A stretch of DNA of 63,014 nt, filler included, from Octopus bimaculoides (Eukaryota), in assembly GCF_001194135.2 (NCBI RefSeq). It is 8 parts of 8 records of this genome, joined end to end, with 100 filler letters (N's around TTAATTAATTAA, not from the genome) between each part and the next. Parts side by side here need not be neighbours in the genome. Positions count along the whole stretch, not along the records: positions 11,303 to 19,369 come from NC_068981.1; positions 19,470 to 30,923 come from NC_068983.1; 6 more parts are not named here. The stretch is one strand, 5' to 3'. Position numbers and translations under genes: made by a program. Shown in pieces: positions 11,800 to 24,604 of this stretch; position 1 is the stretch's first letter, and each line of letters begins with the position of its first letter. The notes beneath the pieces were generated by a model, which saw only the letters and a list, made by a program, of their open reading frames with translations, had not been told where the DNA came from and did no database searches.

Positions 11800-12200
11800 G
11801 GCGCAGACGTGGCTGTGTGGTGAGGAGCTTGCTTCCCAGCCACATGGTTCCGGGTTCAGTTCCAGTGTCTTCTACTATAGCTTCGGGCCGACCAAAGCAT
11901 TATGAGTGGATTTGGTGGACGGAAACTGAAAAGAAGCCCGTCGTATATATATATACACATGTATATGTATTTATGTGCGTTTGTGTGAGACTTTGCGTCT
12001 GTGTTTGTACCCCAACCATCGCTTGACAACCGATGTTGGTGTGTTTATGTCCCTGTAACTTAGCGGTTCGGCAAAAGGGACCGATAGAATAAGTATTAGG
12101 CTTACAAAGAATGAGTTCTGGGTTCGATTTGTTCGACTAAAGGCAGTGCTCCAGCGTAGCCGCAGTCAAATGACTGAAACGTATAAAAGGCGTAAAACAG
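11800..12200 (+). mobile_element. Family A SINE, full length
   Basis: Head, central (TA/TG)n and 3' module ...GGCCGCAGTCAAATGACTGAAAC-like end. Confidence 0.9.
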
Positions 12201-12310
12201 AAAACAGAACAATACTAGTTTGTGTTGTATTTTCCTCAAAAAGGTTGATTGTTAATTCCTCTGTTGAGCTATGAAGGGAGCGATCTCTGATGAGTTTAAA
12301 GAAAGTCAGT

Positions 12311-12633
12311 GAAGGCGCGTGGCTTAGTGGTTAGGACATTAGACTCACCATTGTAAGGTCGTGAGTTCAATTCCCGGCGAGGCATTGTGTCCTTGAGCAA
12401 GACACTTTATTTCACGTTGCTCCAGTCAGTCCACTCAGCTGGTAAAAATGAGTTGTCCCTATATTTCAAAGGGGCAGCCTTGTCACACTCTGTGTCACGC
12501 TGAATCTCCTTGAGAACTACGTTAAAGATACACGTGTCTGTGGAGTGCTCAGTCACTTGCACGTTAATTTCACGAGTAAGCTGTTCCGTTGAGCGTACCA
12601 GCTGGGACCCTGGTCGTCGCAACCGACGGAGTG
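12311..12633 (+). mobile_element. Family B2 SINE: different tRNA head, same 3' body as family B
   Basis: Head GAAGGCGCGTGGCTTAGTGGTTAGG and GTGTCCTTGAGCAAGACACT, then a 3' ~170 nt similar to the 8310-8470 and 54210-54370 tails. Confidence 0.85.
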
Positions 12634-12732
12634 CTCTTAAAGAAAGACAAACCGAGTGAAACGATTCTACATTGTCAGCTGTCGAAATTATTCCTGTGAT
12701 TTACCTACAGGATGCATAAGCACAATGAGATT

Positions 12733-12786
<54 letters not shown>

Positions 12787-12834
12787 CACATCTAAGCACA
12801 TTCACACAGAAACCCATACTTATACATACTTAAA

Positions 12835-13010
12835 GGAGCAGGCGTGGCTGTGTGGTAAGAAGTTTGCTTCCGAACCACATGGTTCCGGGTTCAGTCCCAC
12901 TGCGTGGCACCTACGGCAGGTGTCTTCTACTATAGCCTCGGGCCGACCAAAGCCATATCAGTGAATTTGGTAGACAGAAACTAAAAGAAGCCCGTCGTAT
13001 ATACATACAT
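12835..13010 (+). mobile_element. Family A SINE, 5' half, runs into a gap
   Basis: Matches the A consensus with CpGs intact. Confidence 0.9.
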
Positions 13011-13876
13011 NNNNNNNNNNNNNNNNNNNNNNNNNNNNNNNNNNNNNNNNNNNNNNNNNNNNNNNNNNNNNNNNNNNNNNNNNNNNNNNNNNNNNNNNNN
13101 NNNNNNNNNNNNNNNNNNNNNNNNNNNNNNNNNNNNNNNNNNNNNNNNNNNNNNNNNNNNNNNNNNNNNNNNNNNNNNNNNNNNNNNNNNNNNNNNNNNN
13201 NNNNNNNNNNNNNNNNNNNNNNNNNNNNNNNNNNNNNNNNNNNNNNNNNNNNNNNNNNNNNNNNNNNNNNNNNNNNNNNNNNNNNNNNNNNNNNNNNNNN
13301 NNNNNNNNNNNNNNNNNNNNNNNNNNNNNNNNNNNNNNNNNNNNNNNNNNNNNNNNNNNNNNNNNNNNNNNNNNNNNNNNNNNNNNNNNNNNNNNNNNNN
13401 NNNNNNNNNNNNNNNNNNNNNNNNNNNNNNNNNNNNNNNNNNNNNNNNNNNNNNNNNNNNNNNNNNNNNNNNNNNNNNNNNNNNNNNNNNNNNNNNNNNN
13501 NNNNNNNNNNNNNNNNNNNNNNNNNNNNNNNNNNNNNNNNNNNNNNNNNNNNNNNNNNNNNNNNNNNNNNNNNNNNNNNNNNNNNNNNNNNNNNNNNNNN
13601 NNNNNNNNNNNNNNNNNNNNNNNNNNNNNNNNNNNNNNNNNNNNNNNNNNNNNNNNNNNNNNNNNNNNNNNNNNNNNNNNNNNNNNNNNNNNNNNNNNNN
13701 NNNNNNNNNNNNNNNNNNNNNNNNNNNNNNNNNNNNNNNNNNNNNNNNNNNNNNNNNNNNNNNNNNNNNNNNNNNNNNNNNNNNNNNNNNNNNNNNNNNN
13801 NNNNNNNNNNNNNNNNNNNNNNNNNNNNNNNNNNNNNNNNNNNNNNNNNNNNNNNNNNNNNNNNNNNNNNNNNNNA

Positions 13877-14080
13877 GGGGTGAGGCGATGGGGACTTTAA
13901 AAATAAAAAGCAAAGGAGAAATCTGGTCAAAGAAACAGGAAACTAGAGAGCGGCGATTTCCTTGGCGCAGCTTGGTGACTCAAGTGTCCATCTGGTGAGC
14001 ACGTGACATCCGCGACGTTTAGGTTGCTTACAAGATGACCGCTGCCTACCGCACGAGAACAATGCATGCCATAAGAGCAA
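13877..14080. promoter_or_regulatory. CpG-rich unique patch, candidate promoter or 5' exon region
   Basis: Non-repeat and CpG-dense; CACGTG E-box and TGACTCA motif. Lies upstream of the minus-strand exon at 10 kb. Confidence 0.3.
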
Positions 14081-14089
14081 CTACTACCA

Positions 14090-14134
<45 letters not shown>

Positions 14135-14386
14135 AATAACAATGCTGCAACAACTACAACAACAATAGCAAAGATAAACAACAAAATAAGAAAAACAAAC
14201 CCTAGTCAATGAGAGAGAGTCTTGAGATAGCAACCAAATTTCAAGTTATTCACCATTTTCCTCTATAAAGATAGGAAGGACACACTGGGTAAATGTAGTT
14301 TAAAATACACTGTCTAAATAATTTAAGGTGTTGGTTATGACCAGAACGACTTTGATCATAGCCTAGGGCTAAACAACATTTAATTA

Positions 14387-14609
14387 CAATTATCCTTCGC
14401 CATATCGCGGTTCACTTATCGCGGTTTATCATTTAAGCTGACGTCGATTCCTTCGTGGTATTGTTTTGCATTTATAACAAAATAAATATATACAAACTAT
14501 TAAAATAATAAAATAAATATACAGTACAGTACTGTTTCTACTTCGCGGATTTTCACTTATCGCAGGAGTGTTTTGGAACGTAACATCCGCGATAATCGAG
14601 GTAGTACTG
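14387..14609. mobile_element. Tigger/pogo-type MITE with TA target duplication
   Basis: TA-CAATTATCCTTCGCCATATCGCGG ... CCGCGATAATCGAGGTAGTACTG-TA imperfect TIRs. Confidence 0.8.
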
Positions 14610-14642
14610 TATACAAAATACTGTAGATTCAGATATCTTACA

Positions 14643-14697
14643 TGCTAACTTGGTGTATAATAAGCTAACTTGGTGTATAATAAGCTAACTAGGTGTA
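14643..14697. repeat. 20-bp tandem repeat, about 3 copies (GCTAACTTGGTGTATAATAA)
   Basis: Directly visible. Confidence 0.9.
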
Positions 14698-15814
14698 CTA
14701 TATATTGATAAGACGCATTTCACATACACAGTGTGTGTGTGTGTGTGTGTTTAATTGTTGTTTTCTATCCATGGGTCAACACTGATCAAGAATACAAATG
14801 ACCAAAGCCATTCCAGCCATGCCTTAAGGTATCATATCAGTGATATTCTGACGGAACACAATCATGGTGATATTGAGATGTAGATATAGCCATACTTGAT
14901 ATTGCGATTGTGTATATAACTATGGTGATATGTGGATTTAGACACAATCATGGTGATATCTGCGAGCATACAGCCACGGTGAAACTGAGATATGGAGATA
15001 GAGCGAAAGGGATACCAGGACAGAGATATAGCATAATGGATATCAGGACAGGGATGTAGCATAGAGGATATCATGAAGGAGTTTGGAGGTAGTGAATATC
15101 AGGATGGGGATGTGAAAATGGCGACCGCAACGCACACGGTAGAGTTATTGTGGCGCAGAATTAGGGATATTTAAGGGGTCATAGGTATAAAGATATAAGT
15201 GATAGGAACATATATTATATGGAACACACACACATATAGGTAGCGGGTGGGAGGGGTTATTTTTAAGAGTAGAGCCCGTCATGATGGCTACTAGCTGAGC
15301 CATAGTGAGACGCCTAAACTGAAAATGATAACAAGGTCGAACTGTTATGTCCCGTGTTGATATCACAGAGATGGAAGTGATACGGAGCAAAGTGATATGG
15401 CAATATCGGCTCATGATATTGTGATTATTTGATATGGATATGACAGTGGTGGTGGTGGTGGTGGCGCTAGCGGCATACATGATGGCAGTGGGTAGTGATG
15501 AAGACAATAAGAGTGATAGCGAGGATTGTGTAAATGGTGATGGTAGTGATGGTGGTGGTGGTGGCGATGATGACGATGACGATGATGACGATGATGACGA
15601 TGATGACGATGATGACATCTGTCTGTTGATAGAGCTACGAGAACTGATACAGACGTGTTCCGATGTAAAAGAAAAATAATAAATGGGGGGGGGGGAACCA
15701 TGAGCTCCAGATAACGAGACGCCGTTGAACACCATGTAATATGACCATCAACGTGATGATGGCATTGATGATGATGATGATGACGGAGGTGGTGGTGATC
15801 ACGATGATCGATCA

Positions 15815-16047
15815 ATAATGGTTTCGAATTTTGCCACAAGGGCAGCCATTTTAGGGGTGGGGATAAATCGATTACATCGACCCAACCCCCACCTCACCCA
15901 GTGTTTCAATTGTACTTAATTTATCGACCCAGAAAGGATAAAAGGCAAAGTCGACCTCGGCGGAATTTGAACTCAGAACGTAGCGAAGGGCGAAATACCA
16001 CTAAGCACTTCGTCCAGTGCGCTAACGATTCTGCCAGCTCGCCGCCT
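15815..16047 (-). mobile_element. Family C SINE (CpG intact)
   Basis: GTCGACCTCGGCGGAATTTGAACTCAGAACG...GCCAGCTCGCCGCC. Confidence 0.9.
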
Positions 16048-16632
16048 TAGGATAGGGCAATAATGCTATCTAATCAAAAGATATTGATACGACGATATCG
16101 ACTTAATGATGTTTGAGCGCGAAATAATTAATTTTACTTAAAGAAAATATTTATCTTCCAGCTCAGTCCTGATTTAGCGCGCGCGTGTGTGTGTGTGCGC
16201 GCGCTCGCATATTATATATGTATCATCAGAGGTGTTCCAGCCGTGACCATACCAACTTCTATTCAGGAGTTACCTAGTACTATTACATCATATATCGCCC
16301 TTCATTCCTTTCTTGTAAGGACTTCACTTCTATCTCTAAAATGTAGACAGACTGAGGTGAGACTTCTCTGCTTCCTTCTTATCGCAATTTATCTTAATTA
16401 ATGATGGCGCTAATTGTAATTATGATAATGACGATTTCTAGGGCTGGTACACGTTTTAAAGATGGTTTATAGCAACCCAGTACATAGCTGGTACTTTATT
16501 TTGTGGAACGCTGAGAGGGAAATGCAAAGACTACAGGCAAGAAATTGGAAAATATATATAGAGAGACGGAATTGAATAGTAAGACATATTTTCCACGATG
16601 CTCTACCGACTCTGGCTTATCGGCAGCCGAGT

Positions 16633-16825
16633 AGCAATTTTGAGGGAGGGGTTACGTTGAGTACAACGACGCCAGTGTTCAAGTGGTACTTATTTTATCG
16701 ATCACGAAAGGATGAAAGGCAAAGTCGACCTCGGCGGAATTTGAACTCAGAACGTAAAGACGGACGAAATACCGCTAAGCATTTTGTCCGGTGTGCTAAC
16801 GTTTTCTGCCACCACCTCGCTGCCT
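16633..16825 (-). mobile_element. Family C SINE (CpG intact)
   Basis: Matches the C consensus. Confidence 0.9.
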
Positions 16826-17442
16826 TACAGTAATCATGGTGGTAATGACAAGATTGAAGATGATGACGACGACGACGACGACGACGATGCTGGGATGTAT
16901 TGCGCATACACAGGACACAGCCATCGTGGCTCAAAGAAACGGATGAATTATTGAAAAACCACACGCGTGCACATGCACACTTACACACACGCATATACTA
17001 TATATATATGTGCAGGCAGACAGACAGACAGATAGAAAGAGGTAGACACATAGATAGAGAGACAGACAGACAGACAGACAGATAGATAGCTAGATAGATA
17101 GATAGTTACAGATATACATAAATACACAAACACACACACGTGTATGTGTGGGTAGGAAAAGGGAGAGATTTGTATATTTATAAAGTAACAGAAATAGAAA
17201 AGAGACAAACAACTGAGGCTGGCAAGATTGAACAGAACATTCATAAAGAGACAGTATCACAGAGAAATCTTCAACGAGCAAATAATGCAAATAATCAAGA
17301 TATTCATATTGATTGCAGAAAGAAAATCCAGAAAGAGAAGAGAAGAGAAGGAGAGAATAATATAAAAATACAAGGACTTACAAGGAGGTATGTTGCATCC
17401 AGCAAACAAATAGGAATGGCTACAAGTGTGGAAACTAAACAG

Positions 17443-17482
<40 letters not shown>

Positions 17483-18411
17483 AAATACACACACACACAC
17501 ACAATGTACTGGATGTGTTGTATAGAGCATATGAGAAGCACCAATGGTCCTCTAGCGGCCTTCATCTATTGTTTTCCAAGTTTCACTCCCTAAATATGTC
17601 CTACTTCACATTTCACTTGGCTCCCAACATCCGTCAACACATAAGCCACACACACACACACACATAAATAAGTGCGCGCGCACATAAATACACATAAACA
17701 CACACACACACACACACACACACATTTATATATATNNNNNNNNNNNNNNNNNNNNNNNNNNNNNNNNNNNNNNNNNNNNNNNNNNNNNNNNNNNNNNNNN
17801 NNNNNNNNNNNNNNNNNNNNNNNNNNNNNNNNNNNNNNNNNNNNNNNNNNNNNNNNNNNNNNNNNNNNNNNNNNNNNNNNNNNNNNNNNNNNNNNNNNNN
17901 NNNNNNNNNNNNNNNNNNNNNNNNNNNNNNNNNNNNNNNNNNNNNNNNNNNNNNNNNNNNNNNNNNNNNNNNNNNNNNNNNNNNNNNNNNNNNNNNNNNN
18001 NNNNNNNNNNNNNNNNNNNNNNNNNNNNNNNNNNNNNNNNNNNNNNNNNNNNNNNNNNNNNNNNNNNNNNNNNNNNNNNNNNNNNNNNNNNNNNNNNNNN
18101 NNNNNNNNNNNNNNNNNATATATATATATATATATATATATATAAGTACATAGACACACATATAAGTACATGTACGCATACATATAAGTACATACACACA
18201 CAGACATATAAGTAATATATAAATATATACATATATACATATATTACATACCTACATGTACATATCCACACACATAAGTACACACACACAAGTACACACA
18301 CACATTATATATATGTTTATATATATATATATGTAGATGCGCATAAGTATATATATACATATACACACACATATATATATGCATATATATATGTATATGT
18401 GCACAAGTATG

Positions 18412-18442
<31 letters not shown>

Positions 18443-18566
18443 ATATATATATATACTATATATGTATATATACTATATATGTATATATACTAAATATATA
18501 TATACATACTAAATATATATATATATACTATATATAAATATACATGTATATATATATGCATGTGTG

Positions 18567-18615
<49 letters not shown>

Positions 18616-19315
18616 TTCACTTAACTCCTGTTTCAGGCATCTATAGAGCTCATTCGACTAACTTTTTAGACACCCGCAGACACACAGACACACGAACGCA
18701 TGACACACACTGACACATTCATACCTACTTAAAAACACACATACACACGTGTTTCTACACAGACACATATTTATATACACGCAATCGTCTTTAAATGCCT
18801 AAATATGTTTTATAATAACGTTATTATCGCTAAAGCATTTGCGATGGCAAAGCTAAACATTGATTTAGTTTGCAGTTATTTTTGATGATTTAGTGAACCC
18901 AATTTGAAAAGCCGTTGGACAACATAGGCCCAAGGGTGGAGCACTGCGTTCACAACCACCTCTTAACCATGGCCCTTTGTGAACCCTATTTTACTCTACT
19001 GGACCCCCACAGACATTTGAAGTCCCATTAAATTTTTATAATTAAACATTAGAATTGTGCAAAACATTTCTTTTTAATATTTTCTCCGTTTTGTTGTACA
19101 AAATTATTAGCAAAATTTTACATGGACCAGAACCGGAAGAGCACCATCGATGTACAGCAAAAAGGTGGGAAGGGCATGGGTGGACTGCTTTTCAACATGC
19201 GGCACCTTAAAAAGGACTAAGCTGCAACGAAACAATCTCAGCATATGTGTTAGTATGCACATACATATATACATACACACGTACACACACACGGATACGT
19301 ACTATGTGCGTATGA

Positions 19316-19369
<54 letters not shown>

Positions 19370-20083
19370 NNNNNNNNNNNNNNNNNNNNNNNNNNNNNNN
19401 NNNNNNNNNNNNNTTAATTAATTAANNNNNNNNNNNNNNNNNNNNNNNNNNNNNNNNNNNNNNNNNNNNTATATATATATATATATGTTTATATATATAT
19501 ATATATGTTTATATATATATATATATGTTTATGTTTATATATATATGTTTATATATATATATGTTATATATATATATATATAGTATTTATTTGTTGTTGT
19601 TGTTTTTGTTGTAATAATGGTATTTTTAGGAGGTTTATATAATTTAATTGTTTATGTTAGAGTTGATCATGGACAAATGATGATATTTATGAAAATTTTA
19701 AATATTAATAAAAGAAATGAGAATTTGTTGTTGCTTTTAATTATTATTCCTTTATTGATATTATTGCTTTTACATATTCCTTTATTAATATTTATCTAAG
19801 AATTATGCCAAGGGTACATATTCTGTGGAATACCCAGCCACTTATACGTTAATTCAGGAGTTGATTATTCAGTTGATTGAAGATCCGAAACCTCCTTGTC
19901 GAGCGACAGATATCCACCTTCAGTAGTCGGGAGCAGCAATGACTTGAGGATATTCGCGTAACAACTCTGATGGAGTCTCGATGACATTGCTCTGAAGGGC
20001 ACCCAAAGTCTTCAGTCAGTAGAAATGTGACTCTTAGTGGGTGGAAGAAATAAAATCCTATCACATTTGTTTTACTCATATAT

Positions 20084-20246
20084 GACGGACTTCTTTCAGT
20101 TTCCGTCTACCAAATCCACTCACAAGGCTTTGATCGGCCCAAAGCTATAGTAGAAGACACTTGCCCAAGGTGTCACGCAGTGGGACTGAACCCGGAACTA
20201 TGTGGTTTGGAAGCAAGCTTCTTACTTCACAGCCACACCTGCGCCT
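20084..20246 (-). mobile_element. Family A SINE, 5' half
   Basis: Reverse-complement match to the A head. Confidence 0.9.
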
Positions 20247-20299
20247 ATATATAATTTCTATATTCACCAAATTTATTTCCATCCCCTTCGATTTAAACA

Positions 20300-21180
20300 G
20301 ACTTGAAGATCCTTTGTTTGGTTGCACTTTTTGAAATTTAAAATTAAGGGAAAATTTTTTTTAAATTTGGTTTGTTGATGTTATTTTCCAGGTTGGATCT
20401 TAGGGGCTAATTCCCTTGTTCCGAAGAAAACTTTTAAAAAGTTACAGAGGTTTAAAGTTTGATCATTTTTTACCCAGTCAGAAAATAAGATTTGGAAGCT
20501 GTCATTTTGTGCGCGACTGCACGTGTTGTCGACTGTAGACGAATGAAATATTGGCGGAATTTTGCTTTGCGCACGTCATATAATCCCTCATAACTTCTTT
20601 AATTTTCAGAAAAGTTTTGCGAATTTGCATTCTATTTACTGGAATTCCTACGATTATGAAAAACTAAAATTAAAATTTTTGGCGCGTGATTTAAGGCATA
20701 TTTAGCTGTTAATTTTAGCGCATCTCACGACCACCCCATACCTTGTTTTAAACATTTAATAAGCGAAAAATTACCAAAAAATTGTATAAACACATATTTT
20801 GTAGTTTTAAGCATTCCACATGCATTTAATGAGTAAAAAATAGTAAAGATATTAAATATTTATCAAAATATCAAACTTATCAAAGTATTTATTTAAAAAA
20901 ATCAAACTATAGTCCAGTTCGAAACACGTGGTTTAGCGTAAAATATCAATTTGCAAACACACATGCTTTTTCGTCTGTGGTTTTCGATTGGCTAAAATTA
21001 CCCAAAATTTGCAAAGTCGAAAAGCTATCAACTCTTTATATATTGATTTACGGTAAAAGGAATTTCATGTCAATAATTACCATACAAAACTACATCAACA
21101 CACCAAATATGAGATATATTTGAACAAAATTGAAGAGATTGAAAAGTTGCAGCCAAACAGAAAAGATCCAAACTTCATTC
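20300..21180. mobile_element. Unclassified DNA-transposon-like repeat bounded by imperfect inverted repeats
   Basis: GATCCTTTGTTTGGTTGCACTTTT (20308-20331) is inverted at 21142-21168. Internal segments recur at ~39160-39200 and ~40300-40325. Confidence 0.5.
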
Positions 21181-21213
21181 TTCAACCTTTATTGACTCTA
21201 TGATATCTGTATG

Positions 21214-21266
<53 letters not shown>

Positions 21267-22865
21267 TGATCTATTTTATCCTTAACCATAATTATTTTTT
21301 TTACTTTAATCCCTCACCGATCGGGACCTTGTCAATATATTCTTTTTGACTCTAAAAGTGTTGCGATTCGGTTCCTTCTTTCTATTATTTAAATACTTTG
21401 TTTTTAAGAGCGCTCGACTTGCTGCTGTCAGCCTGACACCCGTTGTCATTTCAAATGATAAATTAGTTTCTCTATCCTATTGAGAATACAGAAAAATAGA
21501 TTTCAAAAAGGAAAGACAAAACTCCGCTGGGATTTAATATAAGTTCAGAGAAACAACTGTCATAAGACAGACGGGAATTTTTTATGTATTTCGTAATTTT
21601 TTTTTCTATTTGTTTTGTTGCTTTCTTTCGGATACGTTTGTTTTTTGATGAAAGGTCAGGAAAATCAGCAATGCGACAGATAGATAGATAGATAGATAGA
21701 TAGAAAGGCAAGCATAAAGAGAAGTAGGGAAACGGCTAGGTATTCTGTCTGATTTAACTCTACCATTTGGCCGTTTGGTGCCTTTAAAACAGTCCATTTC
21801 ATTGCAATCGTTTATGCTAAGTCACTGGCCTAAAGATTACACAATAACTTGTTTACTCTGCTACATAACGAAGATACTTGCATGTTGCAGCGCCTGTTTC
21901 CTCCTCCACACCGGATCGAAAACCTTAGAGAAACCCCAGTTAAGCATTGGCCAACTGGTTTGTTTGTAAATCAGAAAGCGTTAATTTATAAGGGTGAAGA
22001 TCTTGATCTGTGGTCGGAGCAACTTCTTACAAGTTGGTATAAACCCCGGAGCTGATGCATTCTTTTATAATGTGAAGCTGTCGATGGTTATTATAATCTT
22101 GAGGTTGTAGAACAATGTTCTTTCAGCGTCTTGGTGGCACAAAGAGAGGTAGAGAAACCGCAAGAATATCTCAGAATATTTCGTTTTCGTACTTTCTTTG
22201 CAAGGTCCTTGAAATAAATTCATTTGTTGAAACAAATTTTGTATCTCGGTAGAGACATCAGACCAATAATAAACTCACGCACTGGTTCTGGAGAAGAAAA
22301 GTAGAAGTTTAATGATGACGAAGAAACGAGATGGAGAAGAAGAGATGGGTAGTAGAAGAGAAAGGAAAACGAGGAATAAGAAAGCAATGGGAAAGCGGAA
22401 ACCGGAATGTCGATGAGAGAGAGAAAGAGAGAGCAATGAAAAGGTGGTCATTCTAGTTGATAGAGATCATATATTATTGCCATCAACGCCACCTCGCGAC
22501 TTATTTTTACCTACCTGCCTATCTACTTACCACATTTCCTATGTAATGTTCAACCGTCCCGGTTAGCCTCGTCTTACAGCCATTTGGAATTTGCTCAGCT
22601 AAAGTCATTAACTCCTGCCTCAGTGGTTTATTGTTATTGCCTCGCCTCTTACTTAAAATCGCTCGTTGTAATTATATATAGTAATTATATATAGTAATTA
22701 TATATAGTAATCAAACACAATGAGAACAGAAAAACGACTAATATATATGGATGTGTAGTGTAGTGTGTGTGTGTGTGTGTGTGTGTTTATACACACATTA
22801 TACGTCGCTCCCTGTCGCTAGATGGTAGGGGTTCACTCCCCGGCTCGCAGTTTAATCGGATGAGG

Positions 22866-22909
<44 letters not shown>

Positions 22910-23763
22910 TGTGTGTGTATTAATACATACATGTGTATATATATGTATTTATACACGTGCATATGTGTGTGTATTTATACATACATGTATATATACATAT
23001 GTGTGTATATATATATATATATATGCATTTATACACACACACACATACATATATGCATGTATGTATTTATACACATATACATATGTGTAAGTGTATATGC
23101 AACAAATCCTCTGTCAACAATGGGTGCATATACACGCTTGTTTATATGTTTTTATATTTGTAATGAGTTTATATACGCGCATGCATATATACAAATGTGT
23201 ATGTGTATATATGTGTGTGTCTGTGTGTGTGCGTGTGCAATGCGTGTATACATGGATAGGCAAAACAAAAGGAAAATATTAACTAAAAACAATAAATAAA
23301 CTCAATGCAATAAAAACGAAACTAAACAGAACAGCGACCGAACGAAGAAAGGACTAAACGTAGAAGGTAAACACGAATTAAATGGTCTCTCTTGCTTAAA
23401 ATATTGGCTGCTCGCCCGACGTTTTGTAGCCGATAAATGCCACAAGGGGGAGATAAGTGAGTGAGTTGGGAGGGAAGAAAATGGACGATAACGTCGTTTA
23501 CACGTGTTTATACGAATTATATGGCTTAAGAATCATATGGAAGCCTGATATGTCGTCTGTTGCGTTAATCCTATGATATTATGTTATGATTGGAGGGGGA
23601 AATAATGGACGGAAAATGCAGATAAGTGCCTTCAGTTGAACGCTTCCTTGCTTGCATGTATGTATATATATATATATATATATATAATATCGATAGATGC
23701 ATTTATACATACATAGACATGTATGCATACACACACATATATACATGCACAAATATACGTGTG

Positions 23764-23810
<47 letters not shown>

Positions 23811-24373
23811 GAGGCGCGCTCGTGCGTGTATCGTCTGCATTATTTTCTTAGATATCATTGGATGACGGTGGTTTTAATGACGTTACCCGATTGTCTCAAG
23901 AGACGGTGAAATTGGCTGTTTTATAGAAATCGATGATTAATCCAGTTTTCCCATAAAGGTGTTAGGTTCTACGATTTGGCTTTGAGTTCTTTATTGCTTA
24001 AAATTCTCATATGTGTGTGCGTCGGTGTATGAAGACAGAGAAAGAGAAAATAGGGGATAACATAGCGGTTCAATAAAATAGAACCGATAGAATAGTTATA
24101 AGAATTCAAATAAGTATTTGTATCGATTTAATCGCGGAAACTTGTGAAAACGGTGCCCCGTCAAGGACTCAGTCCGATGTCTATCTGACTGGAAGAAATA
24201 GAATGTCTGTATATGGATGTATGTGTAGGTATATGTGTATATGCAAGTATGTATATATGTGTGTATTTATTTATGTATGCATGGATGGATAAATGCTTTC
24301 ATTCTTTATGTATGTATGTATACATATGTATCTATGTACGTATGTATACATATGTATCTATGTNNNNNNNNNN

Positions 24374-24400
<27 letters not shown>

Positions 24401-24404
<4 letters not shown>

Positions 24405-24563
24405 GGATACGAAGACGGGTGTGTAAACAGCAAACAGATGTATTAGTTTAACGCTCCGGAAGTGAGAAAGTTTTTTTACGTTTCGAGCCTACGCTCTTTG
24501 ACAGAAAGGAACACAGAAATAAACAGGGAGAGAAAATACAAAAGGTTTAGTGGCTAGCGATCT

Positions 24564-24570
<7 letters not shown>
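24401..24570 (-). mobile_element. Interspersed repeat resembling a Penelope-like terminal repeat, with a hammerhead-like motif
   Basis: Homologous to 58017-58215; contains CTGTCAAAGAGCGTAGGCTCGAAACGTA on the minus strand. Confidence 0.5.

Positions 24571-24604
<34 letters not shown>

Noticed and set aside
15434-15679. ORF resembling a signal peptide plus poly-Asp acidic secreted protein
   Set aside because: It is built from (GTG)n and (GAT/GAC)n microsatellites, and every frame gives homopolymers. There is no independent gene evidence.
21849-22055. 68-aa non-repetitive ORF
   Set aside because: No convincing splice sites, no recognisable motif, and its length is within chance.
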